Origin: Trueperaceae bacterium
GTDB lineage: Bacteria > Deinococcota > Deinococci > Deinococcales > Trueperaceae
DNA: 64,000 nt
Assembly: GCA_965213925.1 (NCBI GenBank)
Contig: OZ243927.1
Span: 1,344,001-1,408,000 of the forward strand
Direction of reading: 5' to 3'
The position numbers and the translations under genes are program-made. Positions 1-9,800 of the stretch are shown here, one piece after another. The first letter of the stretch is position 1, and each line of letters starts with the position of its first letter. The notes beneath the pieces are model-generated. The model ran no database searches. It was not told the origin of the DNA and saw nothing but the letters and a program-made list of their open reading frames with translations.

Positions 1-100
1 CGAGCGGAGCCGGGTGGAGACGACGTAGAGCGCCTTCGAAGAAAAGTGGAATGGGGGTCCCTCCACTAAGAGCAGCCTTAGAAGTTCGGTATAGTCCCCT

Positions 101-904
101 ATGGACATCGGTTTAGTACTTGGCGGTGGCGGCGCGCGCTGCTTCGCGCATCTGGGCGTGATTCGCGCCCTAGAGGAGCGCGGCGTCAACCCTACGGTGA
201 TGGCAACCTGCTCCACCGCGTCGGTTATCGGCGCGTTCTACGCGACGGGTCACAGCGTCGAGCGCATTTTAGAGCTTACACAGGAGATAAACTTCAAATC
301 GTTTCTCGTGTTCGACCCGGGGGGCGGCGGACTGGTGAGTAGCGAGAACATCTTCGACCTCTTAGACGCGCACGTCGCCCAGACCTTTGAGGCGCTCCGC
401 ATCCCACTCGCGGTGGTCACGACCGACATTCAAACTGGGGAAACGCTGACCTTTCGCTCGGGCGACCTCGCGCCCGCGGTTTGCGCGAGCAACGCGCTGC
501 CGGGCGTGTTCGAACCTGTTCGCCACGCGGGGCGCTACCTCTTAGACGGCGGCATCTTAAACATCGTCCCGGTGGACGTGATGCGCGAGATGACGGACGC
601 GCAAATAATCGCTGTGGACGTGACTCAGTCTCCTAAGCGTACGCTCGAGCTTGACGACAAATCTCTCCGGGAAAAGGTCACACCCCCCTACCGCACCACG
701 CCTCTAGCGCTCGACATTCTTAAAAAAGCCTACGCGCTGCGCGAAAACATGATTCGGGACGCGCACTACCAAAAGAGCCCACCCGACATCAACATACGTC
801 CTGACCTGCCCGAAGACTTTTCCGACCAAGACTTTGGGCGCACCGAAGAAGCCGTGGAGATTGGCTACGTTTCGGCGATCAGGGTTTTGGACGATCAGTT
901 TTAG
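101..904 (+). CDS. Patatin-like phospholipase (RssA/NTE-like)
   Basis: LVLGGGGAR oxyanion motif and catalytic DGG present; nucleophile elbow reads TCSTA instead of GxSxG; TATAGT 5 nt before ATG. Confidence 0.9.
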   Translation: MDIGLVLGGGGARCFAHLGVIRALEERGVNPTVMATCSTASVIGAFYATGHSVERILELTQEINFKSFLVFDPGGGGLVSSENIFDLLDAHVAQTFEALRIPLAVVTTDIQTGETLTFRSGDLAPAVCASNALPGVFEPVRHAGRYLLDGGILNIVPVDVMREMTDAQIIAVDVTQSPKRTLELDDKSLREKVTPPYRTTPLALDILKKAYALRENMIRDAHYQKSPPDINIRPDLPEDFSDQDFGRTEEAVEIGYVSAIRVLDDQF

Positions 905-968
905 AACTTTGGTGAGTAGCTAGCATGTCGAGCGATTTCGGCTACGCCTTCCTCTTCTCTAAGATACA

Positions 969-992
969 AGGGGCGATTCATGAATCGCCCCT
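969..992. repeat. REP-like perfect palindrome (GTAG-type family)
   Basis: AGGGGCGATTCA|TGAATCGCCCCT between convergent genes; near-identical to 50343-50376. Confidence 0.8.
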
Positions 993-1001
993 ACCGCGCT
1001 T

Positions 1002-1355
1002 CTACCCAAGCACCTCACCGTCTACCTTGACCTCCAACGTACTCGGATAAAACGCCATGTACCCCTCAATCTCCTTCACGTCCTCTTTCGGCTCGGGGTA
1101 CGCCCACACGACGTTCTCCGCCTTTTCGCCGTCTACCTGCACGCTCCAGTACGCCGCGTCGCCCTTCCAAGGGCAATGCGTCTGGTGGTCCGTCTGGCTC
1201 AGGTATTGCTCGTTGACATCTTCGGGCGGCAGGTAGTAAACGGCAGGGTAGTCGCCCTCTTTAAGCTCCAACGCCTTTGTGGACGAAGCGATGACTTCAC
1301 CCGAAAAGCTGACCTCGACCTTTTTGTTCGACGGTGTGATCGTAATACGGCTCAT
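1002..1355 (-). CDS. DUF427 domain protein
   Basis: YYLPPEDV, THCPWKGDA, WAYPEP and MAFY motifs. Confidence 0.9.
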   Translation of the reverse strand: MSRITITPSNKKVEVSFSGEVIASSTKALELKEGDYPAVYYLPPEDVNEQYLSQTDHQTHCPWKGDAAYWSVQVDGEKAENVVWAYPEPKEDVKEIEGYMAFYPSTLEVKVDGEVLG

Positions 1356-1786
1356 GTGTTCCCTCCCAGGGCTTTAGGCAAGACGATGAGCGAGGCGAGC
1401 GCGGGCGGGATGTGAACGATTTCCAGGGCGACCACCATGAGCGTGGGCGCGTCCGGGATGGTGAAAGGTGTAAAGAAAAAGCCGACGAAGACCACCGCCG
1501 CGACGATGTAGAAGTTACGCTCGGGGTGCTCGGTAAATTTCGCGAGCAGACCTAAAACCACCGCCGCGCCGAGCACGCTCACGAACGAGAAGATGAGAAT
1601 GGGCGCTAGCGACATGGGCGAGCCGGCGTTGGGGATGATCACGTCTTGGGGCCACGCGCCGAGCGGTCTAAAGATGAAAAAGAGGAGGGCGTTGGCGACA
1701 GCGGCGGCGGCAGCAGCCATGAGCGCGAGTTGCGTAAGGCGGCGGTAGCGAACGCCGCTCGTTCGGTTCGAAGTAGATGTTGCCAT
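1352..1786 (-). CDS. Small 4-TM membrane protein (DUF6069-like)
   Basis: Four hydrophobic segments; ATG at 1786 follows an AAGGAG RBS; 4-bp overlap with the DUF427 gene. Confidence 0.7.
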   Translation of the reverse strand: MATSTSNRTSGVRYRRLTQLALMAAAAAAVANALLFFIFRPLGAWPQDVIIPNAGSPMSLAPILIFSFVSVLGAAVVLGLLAKFTEHPERNFYIVAAVVFVGFFFTPFTIPDAPTLMVVALEIVHIPPALASLIVLPKALGGNT

Positions 1787-1857
1787 AGAATTCTCCTTTA
1801 TAGTCAAGGTGCAGCATTTCAGGGAAAAGTTAGGTAAGCTCCACGACACCTCACCTT

Positions 1858-2298
1858 TCAGCCCTCGCTAAGCTGCGCGAGGATATCTAGACCGTCCCAC
1901 TCGCCCCACCGCTCGGCGATGCGCCCGCGTTCGACGCGTAAAATTTCGATGCCTGAAAAGGTGATACGTCTGCGCGTTGGCGGGGCGTCCATAAATGTTC
2001 CTTCATGCGTGCCACTCGCACGCCAGCGCACCGCCGTCTTACGCGCAGACACGTCTACTAAAATATCTTCGGTGACGGCGGAGAAGTCGGGAAAAGCGGC
2101 GAACAGCTCGGCGATTCCTGCGCGGTAACTTGTTAAGTCCGCGCCGCGCCCTGCCGGGCTGCGGTCGCGAAAATCGGGCGCGTGAAGCTCATTTAGCGCG
2201 GCTAAGTCACGCTCCTGCCAGACCTCTTTCATCCACCGCTCAGAGAGGCTGCGAAGCTGATGCTCGAGGCTGTGGTCTTCTAAAGATGCTTCGTTCAC
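1858..2298 (-). CDS. SnoaL-like ester cyclase / NTF2-fold protein
   Basis: FAAFPDF, GTHEG.F..PPT.R.I and GRIAE.W pattern. Confidence 0.85.
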   Translation of the reverse strand: MNEASLEDHSLEHQLRSLSERWMKEVWQERDLAALNELHAPDFRDRSPAGRGADLTSYRAGIAELFAAFPDFSAVTEDILVDVSARKTAVRWRASGTHEGTFMDAPPTRRRITFSGIEILRVERGRIAERWGEWDGLDILAQLSEG

Positions 2299-2406
2299 GC
2301 AGCAATCTTATCCGGGCAACGAGGGGACGAGGGATGCGAGACGCGGGCGTACGCCCCAGACCTACTCCTGAAGTCTCACAATCACCTTGCCCGCGCGCAA
2401 CCCTCT

Positions 2407-2892
2407 TTACAAGCTCAACTTCTCGTTGTCGCCCAAGTTGCCCGCTTCTTCTCCTTGCACGATCGCTTTGCCCATCTTGAAGAGCTGCACCATCTTACTT
2501 GACGAAGCGTCCCAGTATTCCGCCCGTGTCGGCTCGACGCGAAGCAGTCCTAGATGCGGGTCGTCCAAACCTTCGGGGAACCACGCTTTGACGACGGGGT
2601 TCCATATCTCTTCAGCTTTCTGCCGGTCGTGAACGAGCTTGGCGATGCCCGATACGGAGACGTAGGTGTCATCATTCGGGTTGACGTAAGCCAAGTTGAT
2701 GTGCCGGTCACCCTCGATCTCGTCCGTTTTGGGCGCATCATCTTTGGTGAAAAACCAGAGTTGCCCATCAAATTCGGCTTGCTGCGTGTACATCGGGCGG
2801 CTGCGCAGCGTGTGGTCCGCCTCCATTGTGGTCATCATAGTTACGCGAATGTCTTTAATCTTGTTCCAAAGTTTTTCGTGGTCGTCTCTCAC
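2407..2892 (-). CDS. Pyridoxamine 5'-phosphate oxidase-like general stress protein
   Basis: SRPM, LWFFT, YVSVSG.A, KAWFPEG.DDP and AEYWD motifs. Confidence 0.9.
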   Translation of the reverse strand: MRDDHEKLWNKIKDIRVTMMTTMEADHTLRSRPMYTQQAEFDGQLWFFTKDDAPKTDEIEGDRHINLAYVNPNDDTYVSVSGIAKLVHDRQKAEEIWNPVVKAWFPEGLDDPHLGLLRVEPTRAEYWDASSSKMVQLFKMGKAIVQGEEAGNLGDNEKLSL

Positions 2893-2976
2893 GCTTCACC
2901 TCTTCCTAGCTCGTTATAACGGTAGAAAAAGGAGAGGTCTGCAAGCTAAGGGGGGTTTAGAACATCAGCCAAAAAT

Positions 2977-3726
2977 TCAAAACTTCATCACGCGGTAGTC
3001 GAGCCGGTCTTCAGCTAAAATCATCTCAAAGAACTGGCAGTGCGACAGCGCGTCGATCATCGCGAAGCAGTGCTCATTATCAACGTGAATACCGTCTTTC
3101 ATCGCGGTGTGTCCGTAGACGCCGAAGCGGTGACCCCCGTGTTTGGCGAGTTCGGGCTTTTTGTGCCACCAGTGCTTCGTGTCGCTGTCGTGATAGAAGA
3201 AGTCGTCGAAGAACTGCATCCCTGGCAGCGGACCCGCGTGGGCGAACTGCACGTCGAAGAGCCTCTTCTCACGTGGAAAGCTCCTGAACCACTCCGCTAG
3301 ATCGTCGGGCAGCGCCAAGCCGCCCTTGCTCTCGTCGAACTCGTTATGCTTTAAGCCGCCACGTGTGCTGAGGTCGTATTCGTGCGTCAGGGCAGATTCG
3401 TCGTGGTTGCCTAAGATCACGGTGACGTTGCCGTTCGCTTTGTCCACGTAGTTTTTGAAGCGGTACAGCTCGCGAATCTGCGCTTTGGCGGCGCGTCTTA
3501 ACTGTTTAGCGTCCTCGGGGTCGTAGTATTCGACGCCGACGACTTGCGCGTAGGTGCCAAAGTCTTTGTAGTGAACGAGGTCGCCGACGAAGACGATCTG
3601 ATAGCGTCCGTCTTTAACCGGGTCGGTGGGCTCGAAGAGGTTGTCCGCTGCCGACGCCGCTTTGAGCGCCCGCCACACCTCCGCCCACTGACCGTGCACA
3701 TCGCCGAGTGAAATGACTTTAATCAT
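2977..3726 (-). CDS. Calcineurin-like metallophosphoesterase
   Basis: GDVHG, GDLV, GNHD, HAG and GHT metal-binding motifs. Confidence 0.9.
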   Translation of the reverse strand: MIKVISLGDVHGQWAEVWRALKAASAADNLFEPTDPVKDGRYQIVFVGDLVHYKDFGTYAQVVGVEYYDPEDAKQLRRAAKAQIRELYRFKNYVDKANGNVTVILGNHDESALTHEYDLSTRGGLKHNEFDESKGGLALPDDLAEWFRSFPREKRLFDVQFAHAGPLPGMQFFDDFFYHDSDTKHWWHKKPELAKHGGHRFGVYGHTAMKDGIHVDNEHCFAMIDALSHCQFFEMILAEDRLDYRVMKF

Positions 3727-3753
3727 AACGTACCTATCATTTCTGACATGGCT

Positions 3754-4458
3754 TCACGCGCCCCCGCGCAGCAGTTCGCGCAGTTTGACGTAGAGTTCTC
3801 TAGCCGCGTTAGGGTCGGTGCCGTAACCGTCGTAGGCGATAATGAGCTTCGCGACCTCGAGCCCCCGCCCCTCCGCTTTGAGCCGCTCCACCAGGCGGTC
3901 TATAGCCTGTTGACCTGCCGGTTTGGGCTTGGGTGTCGGCGTATCCAGCGTTGCAGTTGCCGCCTCCGCTGCGGGTGTCGTTGTAGCCGCAGATACGCTC
4001 TCTGCAGAACCTGTGGAGGCATTTTCGGAGGTCTCTGGCTGAGCACTCGGCTCGTAGAGCATCGTCTGGTTCTCTTTGTCGTAATCCACCCAGTAGCTGA
4101 GGTTAAGGTCGGCGGGCGGCAACATGTGAAAGCGCTCCGCCGCGTGAACGAGCGCGTCGTCGGCTAGAACCGACGCGCCTATACCCGGACCGAGGCTCGC
4201 CGCCGCGGACTTGCTCACCCCTTCGACTGTGAGCGTGCACGCGAGCGCGAGCACCTCCGCGGGTGAACCGAGCGAGGTCAGCGTGTTCGACCAGCCCGCA
4301 ACGCCTACCGTCTCGTCGAGGCGGCGCAGCACGGCGTCTACGCGCAGTTGCGGACGCGCCTGCGCCCGGAGCCCCTCATCGTCTAAGCGCAGGACGCGCC
4401 ACTCTAAAGCGCTTTCGGGAAAAGGTTGAGCGAGGCTTGTCCAGGTGTCGTGACCCAT
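3754..4458 (-). CDS. Rad52/Rad22-family single-strand annealing protein (DdrA paralog-like)
   Basis: N-terminal QPFP..LEWR, V..RLDE.VG..GW and CTLTV.GV.K Rad52 pattern; Pro/Ala/Thr linker; C-terminal helical domain. Confidence 0.75.
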   Translation of the reverse strand: MGHDTWTSLAQPFPESALEWRVLRLDDEGLRAQARPQLRVDAVLRRLDETVGVAGWSNTLTSLGSPAEVLALACTLTVEGVSKSAAASLGPGIGASVLADDALVHAAERFHMLPPADLNLSYWVDYDKENQTMLYEPSAQPETSENASTGSAESVSAATTTPAAEAATATLDTPTPKPKPAGQQAIDRLVERLKAEGRGLEVAKLIIAYDGYGTDPNAARELYVKLRELLRGGA

Positions 4459-4701
4459 TACGCGCTTAGTATAGCAAGGGCGCGCCGAGGTGTAGCGTAA
4501 AAATCCCCCTTATCGCGCTCTAGTTGTCCCGTTGTACTCGTGCTGGAGCAAATGAGAAACACGTTGACGACCCTGTCATGCACGCGGCGCGCAATGGGTC
4601 ATATAATGCACTGTTATGGTCCCTGGTATATTTACCTCTATGCAAAGCACACATGTACATGACAAATTCATCTGTCTAAGCTCACTAGCCGGAGGCTTCT
4701 G

Positions 4702-7059
4702 ATGGTCCGTCTTTTCCTCACGCTGCTCCTTGCGGGCGCTGCCTTAGGTGTAACTCAGGCTGCGCCCCTCGCGAACGTCCTGTTGATGAGCCAAACCCAA
4801 TCCTCTCAAGAGGGCGACTCGAGCGAAGCTCAGGACGCTGAAGGCGCACAAGAAGGCGCACAAGAGGACGCCTTAGAAGGGGAAGAAACAGAGGACGAGG
4901 TCACGCAGCCCCCCTCGGACGAGTCGAATGCCACGGGCGGCGTCGGCGCAACGAACCCGACACCTGAGCCTACCGAAGCGGTGCAGAGCGAAGCCGAGGG
5001 CAATACTGACCTCAACCGCAACCCGGTTGACCCCAGCACCTTGGAGTTCTCTATACAGGGTGACACCGCTGTCGCAACGAGTAACGGCAGCCCCATTTGG
5101 CAACTCCCTTTCCCCGAGAATAGCGGCGCGACGCAGGGGCTTTTGGAGTCCGAAGGCGAACTCTACGTCGGGCACGGCAACAGCGTCTTGCGGTTGAACC
5201 CGGAGACGGGCGCGGTCGAGGCCCGCTGGCTGGTGTCGGGTCAGGTCGACAGCGTCGAGCGGGTCAACGAGAACACGGTTTCGATGACCGTCGAGCACGA
5301 GGAGGGTCTCAGCGAACGCTTCACGCTGCGTAACGGCAGCCTGCAAACCCCGGTGCGTTTCGGACTCGAGCCGCAAATTTACGAGTATCTGCAAAATGAA
5401 GCCTTGGTGGATAACCCCGCCGCCCGCTTGGAACAAGACCCCACCAACCCTTGGCTCTACCTCGCGGTAGGACTCGCAGAATCTGACCCGAGCACGGCGC
5501 AAGAAATTTTAACGCAAGGGGTCGAGGTCGCGCAGAGCTTCTACGACCTCGCGGGGCTCGCGCAGGTGTTGGAGGAGAACGGCGAGCGCAACTTAGCGGA
5601 GGAGGCGTTCACAAGGGCTTTAGAGGACTTCGCCGCGAGAGGCTACGACCCGAGGCTCTTAACCGACGTCGGCTTACAAGAAGCGTACAACTTCCCGCTC
5701 AACCCGCTACAAAACGCGGTTGAGAGCGAGAACGTCATCAGCGCAGACTTTTGGGCGGAGAAGCTACTTTTAGCCGCACCTTACGTGCCGGGCGCGAGCA
5801 CCGCGTTCTCCAACTACGCCGACCTCATCGAAGACGAGGTGAGTTTAGAAGAGGTGAGCTATTGGCGAGGTCAGTCGCGGAGCACCGTCACGACGGGGCT
5901 GAGCGGTCTGGACAACCTGGCGGGCTCACTCGGCAACATCGGCTGGTACGCGGCGCTCGCGATGCTCGCCGCCATCTTTCTTTTACACCTCACCCTGCTG
6001 TTCAAATACTGGATTCCGCAGGGGCAAGATATTAAACGGCGGCGCGCCGAGCAGGGCAGGGGAAGCCAAGCGTCGCGGCTTTTGGTGCCGCGCTACTACA
6101 CCATCACCGAAAAGCTCGTGCTGATTCTGATGTTTTTGGTCGTCATTGCGCTCGTCGGCCTAGCGAGTTGGAACGACCGCAGCGCGGGCTTGCCCCTCGC
6201 CACCGAGTCGGGCACGCTCGCCAACCGGCAGGCGCTCGCCTACTTGGAGCGGGCTGACCTGACGGGCGGGCGCGGCGCATTTATCCGCGGCTACGCCGAG
6301 CAGGTCGCAGGCGAAACGAGAGACGCAAGGGAGGAATACGAAACCGCCGCGGGCTACGCGCCCGCGATCAACAACTTGGGTATCCTGACGGAGGACGCCG
6401 ACCTCTTCCAGCAAGCCGTAGACTTAGAACCCAACCTCCCCGAAGCGCGTTATAACCTGGGCGAGCCGCAGAACGAAAACCCTATCTTCCTCTTTCAAGA
6501 GCGCTACCGACCCGACCAAGCGCTCCTCGCCACGCCGAACCAGAACGACTTTCAAAACGCGGTCAGCGGCACCTGGAACGACGCGCTCACAGGCGTTTTT
6601 ACGAGCCCTTGGGCGGACCTGCGGGGCGCGAGACCCGGTCTTTTTACCCCGGTTCTCTGGACGCTTATCCTGATCGCCTTCTTTTTGCTCCTCTTGTTCA
6701 ACGTCGCCTTTCTCTTTTTACCGCGACCTAGAAGTGGGCGCAACGCGCCGCGTACGCTCACCTATCAAGTGCTCGCGGTGCTCGTACCGGGCAGTGGTCT
6801 GGCGGACGAAGCCTGGGGCTTTTTCCTCATCGTGCCGTGGGCCATCGTTATGCTCGACGTGGTAGCGCAGCTCGCGGGTTGGGGCATCGACATGGGCTTT
6901 AGCGAGCGCACCGACTACATCGCGCTGGGTGTCATCTACGCGGTCAACCTCGTCGCCTTTATCATCGAGTACAACTCGTACCGCCGCCGGATGCGGGCGC
7001 TGCAAGCCGAGCAGAACCGCGCGTCGCGCCCGCTCAGCAAAGGGGCTCAGCAGAGCTAG
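4702..7059 (+). CDS. Large exported/membrane protein: signal peptide, acidic low-complexity N-terminus, beta-rich segment, TPR-like helices, several TM segments
   Basis: 785-aa ORF with GGAGG RBS, signal peptide and hydrophobic segments in the C-terminal half. Confidence 0.75.
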   Translation: MVRLFLTLLLAGAALGVTQAAPLANVLLMSQTQSSQEGDSSEAQDAEGAQEGAQEDALEGEETEDEVTQPPSDESNATGGVGATNPTPEPTEAVQSEAEGNTDLNRNPVDPSTLEFSIQGDTAVATSNGSPIWQLPFPENSGATQGLLESEGELYVGHGNSVLRLNPETGAVEARWLVSGQVDSVERVNENTVSMTVEHEEGLSERFTLRNGSLQTPVRFGLEPQIYEYLQNEALVDNPAARLEQDPTNPWLYLAVGLAESDPSTAQEILTQGVEVAQSFYDLAGLAQVLEENGERNLAEEAFTRALEDFAARGYDPRLLTDVGLQEAYNFPLNPLQNAVESENVISADFWAEKLLLAAPYVPGASTAFSNYADLIEDEVSLEEVSYWRGQSRSTVTTGLSGLDNLAGSLGNIGWYAALAMLAAIFLLHLTLLFKYWIPQGQDIKRRRAEQGRGSQASRLLVPRYYTITEKLVLILMFLVVIALVGLASWNDRSAGLPLATESGTLANRQALAYLERADLTGGRGAFIRGYAEQVAGETRDAREEYETAAGYAPAINNLGILTEDADLFQQAVDLEPNLPEARYNLGEPQNENPIFLFQERYRPDQALLATPNQNDFQNAVSGTWNDALTGVFTSPWADLRGARPGLFTPVLWTLILIAFFLLLLFNVAFLFLPRPRSGRNAPRTLTYQVLAVLVPGSGLADEAWGFFLIVPWAIVMLDVVAQLAGWGIDMGFSERTDYIALGVIYAVNLVAFIIEYNSYRRRMRALQAEQNRASRPLSKGAQQS

Positions 7060-7075
7060 CCCCTGGCAGGTCGTC

Positions 7076-7105
7076 AAAAAGCTTGAGCGAAACCTCAGGC
7101 TTTTT
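7076..7105. terminator. Intrinsic terminator (bidirectional-type)
   Basis: AAAAAGCTTGAG-cgaaac-CTCAGGCTTTTT just after the 7059 stop. Confidence 0.65.
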
Positions 7106-7212
7106 GCGTTAAGTAGGTGCGTCGAAAGAACCTAAATTAGCAAATGCTAACGAAGCCCGTTCTGAGCGCAAAATTTTCCTCGAGATCGTTCAGATTATCG
7201 AAGGCGAAGTAC

Positions 7213-7343
7213 TTATACGGAATTGCACGGTTTACTTATCCTTACCGAGAGCGTCAGAGCTTTTCAGCGAAGCGCCGAGTTTACGTCCCGTCACAGATGG
7301 GCACGACATAGTTTGCAAACTATGTCGTGCAACCTCGTATTAG
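7213..7343. repeat. MITE-like dispersed repeat with imperfect TIRs and an internal 30-bp palindrome
   Basis: Ends ATACGGAATTGCA...TGCAACCTCGTAT; 7213-7310 recurs inverted at 53558-53655; right end matches 31452-31507. Confidence 0.8.
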
Positions 7344-7577
7344 CTGGACTCGAGTCGCGTCCACATCCGCCGAACATACAGCGTAGCGGAAGCTAGCGGC
7401 GAGAACGCGCGCGCTGCTCTCTACGTTCAACGCTCCACACGCTGCCCCTATTTCTAAACGCAACCAACAGCTCGAGGCTCGCACGGTTCTCAAGTCTTCA
7501 TGATAAGCTCGCCTTGACGACGCGGACGCCGCCCTCCTTTTGGCCACTTCAACGTTCGCCGCGTTGCGAGGGGCGCT

Positions 7578-8453
7578 TTGCTCGAGTTTCTCAAAAATCA
7601 GCCTAAAGCTAATCTCTTCTTGATCAGCCTTGCAGCCATTTCCGCGATTGCGCTGCTCGACGCCCAAATCGCGCAGGATTTGTCCTTTTCGCTCTTCTAC
7701 CTCCTGCCCGTCTTTCTCACCGCTTGGTATCTGGGCCGCGCGGTAGGCGTCCTCACCATCTTGCTCACCGCCGGGCTCTGGACGCTCTCCGACTTCATGT
7801 CGCACGTCTCGACGCCTTTGGCGCTGCTCTGGAACTTGCTGGTGCGCCTCGGGCTGCTCTACGCTTTTACCTATCTGCTGCTCACGCTTAAAGGCGGCTT
7901 GGAGCGCGAGGCGGCGCTCTCGCGCACCGACCCCCTGACGGGCGCAGCGAACGCGCGGGCGTTTTACGAGGTCTTGCAGCGCGAGTTGGAGCGCTCGGAG
8001 CGCTACGAGAGCGTCACGACGGTTGTCTACTTCGACCTCGACAACTTTAAGGCGGTCAACGACCGCTTCGGTCATCAGGTCGGCGACGAGCTGTTGCAGA
8101 GCGTGGTGCGCACGCTGCAGCGCAACGTCCGCGCGGTCGATACCGTCACGCGCATGGGCGGCGACGAGTTCGTTATCCTCATGCCCGAGACCGACCAGCG
8201 CCAGGCGAAGTCCGCCGTCACTAAGCTCCGCACGCTCCTGCTAAACGAGATGCAAGCGCAGCGCTGGCCTGTCACCTTCAGCATCGGCGTCTATACCTTT
8301 CACGAGCCGCCCGAAGACGCCTCGAGCGTGATTCAGCGCGTCGACGCGCTTATGTACGAGGTCAAGCACAGCACTAAAGACGGCGTCAACTTCGCCTCCG
8401 ATGAGCGTGGCGGCGAGGCGAGTGGCGATGACGCTACACCCGGAGCACTCTGA
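7578..8453 (+). CDS. Membrane-anchored diguanylate cyclase
   Basis: N-terminal TM helices; DPLTG.N, DLDNFK.VND.FGH..GD and RMGGDEF motifs. Confidence 0.92.
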   Translation: MLEFLKNQPKANLFLISLAAISAIALLDAQIAQDLSFSLFYLLPVFLTAWYLGRAVGVLTILLTAGLWTLSDFMSHVSTPLALLWNLLVRLGLLYAFTYLLLTLKGGLEREAALSRTDPLTGAANARAFYEVLQRELERSERYESVTTVVYFDLDNFKAVNDRFGHQVGDELLQSVVRTLQRNVRAVDTVTRMGGDEFVILMPETDQRQAKSAVTKLRTLLLNEMQAQRWPVTFSIGVYTFHEPPEDASSVIQRVDALMYEVKHSTKDGVNFASDERGGEASGDDATPGAL

Positions 8454-8455
8454 CG

Positions 8456-9151
8456 CTAGCGCTCGACCTCCAAAGTGACCTTGAGGTTGCCCTTTTTCGT
8501 CTCGCCTAAAACCTCTCGCACGCTAAAGCGACCGAGCCCCTCGGCGTAGACCTCGTCCCCTACGGCGGCGCTGCTCGACTTGCCCGCTGTCTCGCCGTTG
8601 ATGCGCACGCGCCCGCCCGCGACGCCTTTGCTGAAGTACGACCTCGAGACCTTAAAGGCTTTCGCCCCGAGCGCGTCCACGCGCAGTGAGGGCACGACGA
8701 CCATCTGGGATTTGCTGGAGCCCCGCCCCAGATGCGCCGCGTCCACCTCTTGTGGGGTCACACGCTGACCCGCGACGTGCGTCAGCGCTAGAGCGTCCTC
8801 TTTATCAGCGGCGAGCATCACAAACGTCACGCCGTCTTGATGTTCTAAGGCGTCCCCCAACGACCCCTCAGCCACACCCAAGCGACCTAACGCGACGCGC
8901 AACTCGTCCTCCGCCACGCCTTCGTAGTAGACCGCTGCAAACGCCGCACTCGCTTCGGGGATGTGCTCGGGAAACGCCGTCACCACGCGCCGCCGCGCCC
9001 CGGTGTAGCCTCCGTCCGAATGCACGCCCACCCCCGCGTCGCGCAACCTAGCCGCCAAACTCGCCGCGTCATCGGGCTCTAAAAAGGTGGTGCTCTTGAC
9101 CCGTCCGCCGAGTGCCGCTTTGCGTAAAGAGGTCAGCCAGTCCTCAGCCAC
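8456..9151 (-). CDS. YlmH/Sll1252-like S4-domain RNA-binding protein
   Basis: T.FL.P, DGGY..A.R, SLRVD and GETKKG motifs; GTG at 9151 overlaps the upstream stop (GTGGCTGA). Confidence 0.85.
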   Translation of the reverse strand: MAEDWLTSLRKAALGGRVKSTTFLEPDDAASLAARLRDAGVGVHSDGGYTGARRRVVTAFPEHIPEASAAFAAVYYEGVAEDELRVALGRLGVAEGSLGDALEHQDGVTFVMLAADKEDALALTHVAGQRVTPQEVDAAHLGRGSSKSQMVVVPSLRVDALGAKAFKVSRSYFSKGVAGGRVRINGETAGKSSSAAVGDEVYAEGLGRFSVREVLGETKKGNLKVTLEVER

Positions 9152-9800
9152 CCGTTTCTCCCGCCTCATCGTGACGCACGTCCACCACATCTAAATCTTT
9201 CTCTTTGAGCCGCTCGGGGTAGCCCTGTGCGCCCTCGCCCACCACCCGCACGACCAACTCGCGGCGCTGCCCCTGCTGCACGCCCGCTGTGACCGCCGCG
9301 ATGATGTTCGAGGGTGCCGCCGCCGACGCCGCCTGCGCCAGCACGCCCGGCTCATCGGGTAGATTCACCGTGACGCGCGTGCCCCCCTCGCGCAGCCCCA
9401 GCACCGTCACGAACGCCCGCAGCATGTCGGTAATCGTGAGGATGCCTCGCAGCTCTTCGCCCTCCACGACGGGCAAGCCCGAAATCTTATGCTCCTCCAT
9501 CAGCAGCGCGGCGCGTTCCACCGGGTCGTCGGGGCGCACCGAAATCACGGGCGACTTCATCACCTCGGTGACGCTCAGTTTGCTCAAAAGATAGTTGAGT
9601 TCGTAGACCGACAGCGTCGAGGCTTTCGACGGTGTCGCGTCCTTGAGGTCTCTGTCGGTCACGATGCCGACCAAGTTCTTGCCGTCCACGACGGGTAAAC
9701 GCCGGTAGCCGCCCTCGCGGAGCATCTGCATCGCTTCCATCACGGGGGTTTTGCGCGTCACCGTCTGCGGGTCTTTCGTCATCCACTCCTGTACGAACAT
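9144..9800 (-). CDS. CBS-pair + ACT protein (AcuB-like)
   Basis: GIVTDRDLK.A.PS.A.TLS..EL.YLL; second CBS domain; PDEPGVL ACT start. Confidence 0.88.
   Translation of the reverse strand: MFVQEWMTKDPQTVTRKTPVMEAMQMLREGGYRRLPVVDGKNLVGIVTDRDLKDATPSKASTLSVYELNYLLSKLSVTEVMKSPVISVRPDDPVERAALLMEEHKISGLPVVEGEELRGILTITDMLRAFVTVLGLREGGTRVTVNLPDEPGVLAQAASAAAPSNIIAAVTAGVQQGQRRELVVRVVGEGAQGYPERLKEKDLDVVDVRHDEAGETGG

Noticed and set aside
1..65. Possible 5' end of a minus-strand gene at the window edge
   Set aside because: Only about 21 codons are visible, too little to support a call.
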